DNA of 64,000 nt, from assembly GCA_964467915.1 (NCBI GenBank), contig CAYXSW010000003.1:23879-87878 (forward strand), in the 5' to 3' direction. Below are positions 58,626 to 64,000 of this stretch, piece after piece (within the stretch, counting starts at the first letter, position 1; every line of letters begins with the position of its first letter). Source of the stretch: an uncultured Marinoscillum sp. (GTDB lineage: Bacteria > Bacteroidota > Bacteroidia > Cytophagales > MED-G16). The position numbers were made by a program, and so were the translations under genes. The notes below the pieces were generated by a model that saw only the letters and a list, made by a program, of their open reading frames with translations, was not told where the DNA came from and did no database searches.

Positions 58626-59777
58626 ATGAATTCTATATTATTTGATAAAAAGCTAGGTATCATTGGTGGAGGACAACTTGGAAAAATGTTACTTGCAGAA
58701 TGTAATAAATTAAGCATTGAGACGTACGTTATAGATTTTAGTGATAAATCTCCTTGTAAAAACTTGTGTGCTAAATTTTCTTGTGGAGATTTAAATGATT
58801 ACAATACAATATTAAATTTTGGAATTGATTGTGACATAATAACTTTTGAAATTGAACATATTAATGTAGATGCTCTTGTTACATTAGAAAAAATGGGAAA
58901 AAAAGTTTACCCAAAACCAAATACTTTAAGGGTCATCCAAGATAAAAATCAACAAAAACTATTTTTTAAAAACAACAAGATACCCACCTCAGATTTTAAA
59001 TATTTCAGATCTTTAGATGATCTCAATTCATCTCTAGATAAGGAAGAAATTAATTTCCCATGTGTATGGAAAAAAACAAAATTTGGATATGATGGTTTTG
59101 GTGTAAAAATTTTAAAGTCACCTTGTGATATAGAAGACTTGCCGAATTCTGAAATGATTATTGAAGATTTTGTTCCTTTTGATAAAGAATTAAGTGTAAT
59201 AGTAGCAAGAAACTCATCGGGTGAAGTAAAATGTTACAAAACTGTTGAAATGGAATTTAATAAAGAATCTAACCAAGTAGAATATGTAATTAGTCCTGCA
59301 AATATATCTGAACATGTTGACAAAAATGCTCAAGATCTAGCTGTTAAATTATCAAATTCATTAGATTCTATTGGCTTATTAGCTGTAGAAATGTTTTTGA
59401 AAGATGACACAATATTAGTTAATGAGATAGCGCCAAGACCTCACAATAGTGGTCATTTCTCAATTGAAGCATGTGAGAGTTCACAGTTTCAACAGCATAT
59501 CCGTTCTATATTTAATTTAAAATTAGGTGAAACGCACCATTTTGGTTCAGCAATAATGTTGAATTTAGTTGGTGCTGAAGGGTATGAAGGAAAGGTATAT
59601 TATGAAAATTTAGCTAATGCGTTTAGCTGTAAATCTGCAAATCTCCATCTATATGGAAAAGAGGAAACAAGACCGAACAGGAAAATGGGGCATGTAACAA
59701 TAATTTGTGATAAATTTGAAGATTCATATGAAAGAGCAAAACATTTAAAAAAAACTATAAAAGTTAAATCAATATAA
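58626..59777 (+). CDS. purK: N5-carboxyaminoimidazole ribonucleotide synthase
   Basis: GGGQLG, TFEIEH, GYDGFG, NEIAPRPHNSGH, YGK...RKMGH. Confidence 0.96.
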   Translation: MNSILFDKKLGIIGGGQLGKMLLAECNKLSIETYVIDFSDKSPCKNLCAKFSCGDLNDYNTILNFGIDCDIITFEIEHINVDALVTLEKMGKKVYPKPNTLRVIQDKNQQKLFFKNNKIPTSDFKYFRSLDDLNSSLDKEEINFPCVWKKTKFGYDGFGVKILKSPCDIEDLPNSEMIIEDFVPFDKELSVIVARNSSGEVKCYKTVEMEFNKESNQVEYVISPANISEHVDKNAQDLAVKLSNSLDSIGLLAVEMFLKDDTILVNEIAPRPHNSGHFSIEACESSQFQQHIRSIFNLKLGETHHFGSAIMLNLVGAEGYEGKVYYENLANAFSCKSANLHLYGKEETRPNRKMGHVTIICDKFEDSYERAKHLKKTIKVKSI

Positions 59778-59779
59778 AT

Positions 59780-60259
59780 ATGTCGAAAGTTGGAATTATA
59801 ATGGGTAGTAAATCGGATTATACTATCATGAAAGAGGCTGTAGAAGTTTTAGAGAGATTTGGAATTGACCATGAGACAAACATTGTCTCCGCTCATAGGA
59901 CTCCTGAGAAAATGATGAAGTATAGTAAAGAAGCGCACCTTAAAGGGATAAGTGTAATTATTGCTGGAGCTGGTGGCGCTGCACATCTTCCAGGAATGGT
60001 TGCTTCCAATTCTCATTTGCCAGTAATTGGTGTCCCTATAAAATCAAGAAATTCAATTGATGGTTGGGACTCTTTGTTATCAATATTGCAAATGCCAGAA
60101 GGGGTCCCTGTAGCTACTGTAGCACTTGATGGAGCAAAGAATGCTGGAATCCTTGCTGCTCAGATTCTAGGTTCTTTTAATGATGATATATCTGAAAAAA
60201 TAAAAAAATATAAAAGTGATCTTGCAGATAAAGTTGTAAAAGATGACTCAACTTTATAA
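59780..60259 (+). CDS. purE: N5-CAIR mutase
   Basis: IMGSKSD, SAHRTP, AGAGGAAHLPGM, QMPEGVPVATV. Confidence 0.98.
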   Translation: MSKVGIIMGSKSDYTIMKEAVEVLERFGIDHETNIVSAHRTPEKMMKYSKEAHLKGISVIIAGAGGAAHLPGMVASNSHLPVIGVPIKSRNSIDGWDSLLSILQMPEGVPVATVALDGAKNAGILAAQILGSFNDDISEKIKKYKSDLADKVVKDDSTL

Positions 60260-60267
60260 GAATTTAA

Positions 60268-61944
60268 ATGAATAGTTCGGATCCACCTACCCCTAATGAG
60301 AATTTTCTTGAACAAATTATTAATGAGGATATATCTAATGGGTTTGATAGAACTAATTTGAGATTTAGGTTCCCCCCAGAGCCTAATGGTTATTTACATA
60401 TAGGTCACGCTAAATCAATTTGTTTAAATTTTGGGTTTGGAAAAACTTTTTCTTCTCCCGTTAATTTAAGGTTTGATGATACTAACCCAGAGAAAGAAAA
60501 TATAATTTTTATTAATTCCATTAAAGAGGACATAAAATGGCTTGGTTTTGTCTGGGATTCCGAATGTTATGCTTCTGATTACTTTGATAAATTATATGAT
60601 TGGGCTATATATTTAATTAAAAATAATAATGCCTATGTTGATTCTCAAAATCAAGAGACTATTTCTGTTCAGCGAGGTGTTCCAACGAGCCCTGGAAAAT
60701 TAAGTCCATATCGAGAAAGAACAGCAAATGAAAACTTAGACCTTTTTAATAAAATGAAAGGTGGTGGGTTTATGCCAGGAGACTGTGTGTTAAGAGCAAA
60801 AATTGACATGTCCTCTCCAAATATGCACATGAGAGACCCCGTGCTTTATAGAATAATTAATCATGATCACCATAGAACAAAAGATAAATGGAAAATCTAT
60901 CCTACATATGATTGGGCTCATGGGCAGTCTGATTATATTGAAGGTATTTCCCATTCACTTTGTACTCTTGAATTTCAAGTTCACAGAGAGCTTTATGACT
61001 GGCTAATTTCTAAAATACCTAAACAAAAGAAAATTTTACCTAAACAAAGAGAGTTTGCAAGGTTAAATCTCACGCACACTATAATGAGCAAAAGAAAATT
61101 AGCTGAAATAGTTAATTCTGGTTTAGTCTCAGGTTGGGATGACCCTAGAATGCCCACAATATCTGGCCTTAGGAGAAAAGGTGTCCCCCCTCAGGCAATA
61201 CTTAATTTTTGTGATAGAGTTGGTGTGGCTAAGAGAGAAAATATAATTGATTATGCACTTCTAGATTTTTGTTCCCGCGAAGTATTAAATAAAATATCAT
61301 ATAGGGTGATGGTAGTCCTTGACCCTATTGAGTTAGAAATAATTAACTACCCTGAAGGGGATTCTGAAACCTTAACTGCAGAGAACAATCAGGAGGACGA
61401 ATCATATGGTTTTAGAAAAATTTCATTTTCTAAAAATTTATTTATTGAACGAGGCGACTTCAAAGAAGAAGCTAACAGAAAATTTTTTAGGTTAACTATT
61501 GGAAAAGAGGTAAGATTAAAAAATGGTTATATTATCAAAGGAGAGAGGGTAGAAAAAGATAGTGAAGGTAATATTAATAAAATATTTTGTACCTATGATC
61601 CTAAATCTAAAAGCGGTTCAGGAACTCCTGAAAGTTTAAGAAAGGTTAAGGGAACAATTCACTGGGTGGATAAAAATAATTATGAAAAAATTTCTATAAA
61701 TATTTTTGATAAATTGTTTTTACATGAAGTTCCTGTTGAAAATGATGAGGCAGATATTAAAAAATTAATTAATAAGGAATCAATTAAAACTTATGATGGA
61801 GCCTGTGCAGAAATTTGCTTAAAAGATGCTGATTCTGATAAATATTATCAGTTTCAGAGGAAAGGTTACTTTAAACTTGACAAGAAGAAACCTCAAATTA
61901 TTTTTAATCGGACGGTTACCCTTAGAGATAACATCAAATTTTAA
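60268..61944 (+). CDS. glnS: Glutamine--tRNA ligase
   Basis: RFPPEPNGYLHIGH, HSLCTLEF, MSKRKL, GWDDPRMPT. Confidence 0.97.
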   Translation: MNSSDPPTPNENFLEQIINEDISNGFDRTNLRFRFPPEPNGYLHIGHAKSICLNFGFGKTFSSPVNLRFDDTNPEKENIIFINSIKEDIKWLGFVWDSECYASDYFDKLYDWAIYLIKNNNAYVDSQNQETISVQRGVPTSPGKLSPYRERTANENLDLFNKMKGGGFMPGDCVLRAKIDMSSPNMHMRDPVLYRIINHDHHRTKDKWKIYPTYDWAHGQSDYIEGISHSLCTLEFQVHRELYDWLISKIPKQKKILPKQREFARLNLTHTIMSKRKLAEIVNSGLVSGWDDPRMPTISGLRRKGVPPQAILNFCDRVGVAKRENIIDYALLDFCSREVLNKISYRVMVVLDPIELEIINYPEGDSETLTAENNQEDESYGFRKISFSKNLFIERGDFKEEANRKFFRLTIGKEVRLKNGYIIKGERVEKDSEGNINKIFCTYDPKSKSGSGTPESLRKVKGTIHWVDKNNYEKISINIFDKLFLHEVPVENDEADIKKLINKESIKTYDGACAEICLKDADSDKYYQFQRKGYFKLDKKKPQIIFNRTVTLRDNIKF

Positions 61945-61994
61945 GGAAACATTTTTCTTTTAATTAAGTATAACTGAATTATAAATTGTTAAAT

Positions 61995-62657
61995 ATGGAT
62001 ACAAAGAAAATAGATTTAATTGGAGATAATCATGAGTTTTTTTCATTAGATACTCCCTTAAGGTCAGATGCGTTTCAAAAATCTAACGACAAAAAAATCA
62101 AAAATATTCAAAAGCATTTTACAAAGATAATAGACGAGTTAGGTTTAGATCTGAACGATGATAGCATTAGTGGCACCCCTTATAGAGTTGCTAAAATGTA
62201 TGTCAAAGAGATTTTTAGTGGTTTAGACCCAGGGAACAAACCTAAGATATCATTATTTGATAATAAGTATAATTATAATAAAATGCTTATTGAGAAAAAT
62301 ATTAATTTAAATTCGACTTGTGAGCATCATTTTTTACCTATAACTGGTAAGGCTCATATTTCTTATATATCTGGTGGTAAGATCATAGGTTTATCAAAGT
62401 TAAATAGAATAGTTAATTACTATTCTAATAGACCTCAAGTGCAAGAAAGGTTAACAACACAAATTTATAATGAATTGAAGGACGTTTTAGGCACAGAAAG
62501 TGTAATGGTGGTTATTGAGGCAAAGCATTTATGTGTTTCCTCAAGAGGAATTAAAGATTATTCAAGCTCTACGGTTACTGAAATGTATGGTGGGGATTTT
62601 AACATATATAGTAAAAGAGATGAGTTTTATAAACTTCTAAATTCAGTGGTTATCTAA
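61995..62657 (+). CDS. folE: GTP cyclohydrolase I
   Basis: TPYRVAKMY, CEHH, GLSK, RPQVQERL, HLCVSSRG; ATG 61995 preferred over TTG 61986. Confidence 0.96.
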   Translation: MDTKKIDLIGDNHEFFSLDTPLRSDAFQKSNDKKIKNIQKHFTKIIDELGLDLNDDSISGTPYRVAKMYVKEIFSGLDPGNKPKISLFDNKYNYNKMLIEKNINLNSTCEHHFLPITGKAHISYISGGKIIGLSKLNRIVNYYSNRPQVQERLTTQIYNELKDVLGTESVMVVIEAKHLCVSSRGIKDYSSSTVTEMYGGDFNIYSKRDEFYKLLNSVVI

Positions 62658-63847
62658 CTTATATAATCACTTAAATACTTATAATTTTTTGTCAGTTTAC
62701 AATCTTTAGTAATAGTTGCATTCTCTATTATTTTATTTTGATCATTTTTTAAAATTGGTAAAATTTTTTCTTTTATAATTTTACCAAAATACCTTGAAGA
62801 GTCTCTGGGAAGTTCAGATGGCAAATTATCTATCGACATTATTGTTATATTATTTTTCTTGGAGAAAGGCTTAGTTATTTCTCTTCTCTCTATACAATAA
62901 TCAAAAAATGGATGTTTAATTGTTGAGGCCATTTTAGTGCAAGGTATTGCTCCATCAATATCACAACTAATATCTCCTATGACTCTTGCTGAAAAATTTT
63001 CATCAATATTATCTTCTTCAAATAATCTTGGTGACTTTGGATCCCAGAAAGCAGCATTAATTAATACGTTGGTTACTTCACTAAATTTATGATAATTAGA
63101 AATAAATAGTTCGGGGCTATTAAAATATTCTGTTTCTTCAAAGTTATTGCCATCTTTCCTTTTAACATAGTCTTTAACTCCAAGTTGACAATAAACTGGC
63201 TGATTATAATTTTTGTTTAGGTAATCTTTAATATTTACATCAATAATTTTGAAAGATTTAAGTAGCTCTACAGCTCCTTGTGCTACTCTTCCATCCCCAA
63301 TGATTAAAATTTTTACTTTACTATTTAATTTAAATTTTGAGGTGAATCTATAAAGATCATTAGTGTCTTTATATTTCTTTAGTCTATCTAGATTGAATAA
63401 TTTATATTTTTTCCCATATCCCATTAAAGTATTATATGCTCCAGCTATTCCAGCATATTTACCAAACGCAACTATTCTTTTCCCGTTACTAGTTAAACAT
63501 TCGTAGTCTATCAATCTAATTTTTTTATTAATTATTTCTTTGAGAAGCGGTTTATTATAGAGTTGTTTTTTTATAGTATGAGAAAACATGAAGTATGTTT
63601 TATTAGCTATTAACTTCTCTTTTGGAACCTCTTTGATTCCAAAAATGAGATCACAGTCATCTAAATTTTTGACAACTTGAATAGATTTTTCATTATACTC
63701 TTTATCTTCAAAGCATCTGACATCACTAGATTGACAAACAATTGAAAAGTCATTAAGTTTACTTATTTCATTTGCTTGCGATGGGGTAAATGGGGTTCTA
63801 AAATCATTTGGGATTTTATATTCCTTAATTATTCCAATTTTAATCAT
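62654..63847 (-). CDS. Saccharopine dehydrogenase / lysine-ketoglutarate reductase (AlaDH/PNT family)
   Basis: GIKEVP, FSHTIKKQ, LIDYE, FGKYAG.AGAYN, GDISCD, IDNLPSELPRDSS. Confidence 0.8.
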   Translation of the reverse strand: MIKIGIIKEYKIPNDFRTPFTPSQANEISKLNDFSIVCQSSDVRCFEDKEYNEKSIQVVKNLDDCDLIFGIKEVPKEKLIANKTYFMFSHTIKKQLYNKPLLKEIINKKIRLIDYECLTSNGKRIVAFGKYAGIAGAYNTLMGYGKKYKLFNLDRLKKYKDTNDLYRFTSKFKLNSKVKILIIGDGRVAQGAVELLKSFKIIDVNIKDYLNKNYNQPVYCQLGVKDYVKRKDGNNFEETEYFNSPELFISNYHKFSEVTNVLINAAFWDPKSPRLFEEDNIDENFSARVIGDISCDIDGAIPCTKMASTIKHPFFDYCIERREITKPFSKKNNITIMSIDNLPSELPRDSSRYFGKIIKEKILPILKNDQNKIIENATITKDCKLTKNYKYLSDYIS

Positions 63848-64000
63848 TTATTGTATTTAAACTAATTCTAATTCTTTTGTTTAAAGTATTTACGTTTAAT
63901 ATTTTAATAATACTAAAAAGATCAGCTCCACTTATAGTGCCTGTGACACAAAGCCTTAGTCTTTTCATACCATCTCCAATTTTTATCTCATTTTTATTTA
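63840..64000 (-). CDS. gltX: 3' end of glutamate--tRNA ligase (anticodon-binding domain), partial
   Basis: Manual translation NKNEIKIGDGMKRLRLCVTGTISGADLFSIIKILNVNTLNKRIRISLNTIND* fits the GluRS C-terminal pattern (G..M..LR....G...G.DLF). Confidence 0.7.
   Translation of the reverse strand, partial: NKNEIKIGDGMKRLRLCVTGTISGADLFSIIKILNVNTLNKRIRISLNTIND

Overview
Very AT-rich (about 25-30% GC by eye), densely packed chromosomal segment of a streamlined Bacteroidota bacterium. It is probably marine and Cytophagales-like, inferred from the sprE-M23-bactofilin-atp gene order, TAnnTTTG promoters, lack of obvious SD sequences, and Na+ transporters. Most of the window is housekeeping: uvrC (partial), PBP1a, sprE/porW, atpBEFHAG, oadGAB, glyS, ileS, lspA, recF, pdhA, ribH, nhaD, anmK, an lptC cluster, ppiD, rsmI, lnb-like, recX, gpmI, rprXY-like, purKE, glnS, folE, a saccharopine dehydrogenase and the gltX 3' end. 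An accessory region of about 8 kb lies between gpmI and tRNA-Val(GAC). Highlights: (1) an orphan membrane-anchored coiled-coil gene translationally coupled into the lptC operon; (2) a COG4337-type iota carbonic anhydrase; (3) a relic half of an attC-like cassette repeat near the tRNA; (4) several promoters positioned to give leaderless mRNAs; (5) a HisA paralogue lacking its catalytic base; (6) an IleRS2 with the swapped GIHH motif; (7) a BI-1 channel with a large soluble insertion. I saw no CRISPR array, integrase, transposase or rRNA. All calls rest on motif recognition without database searches.
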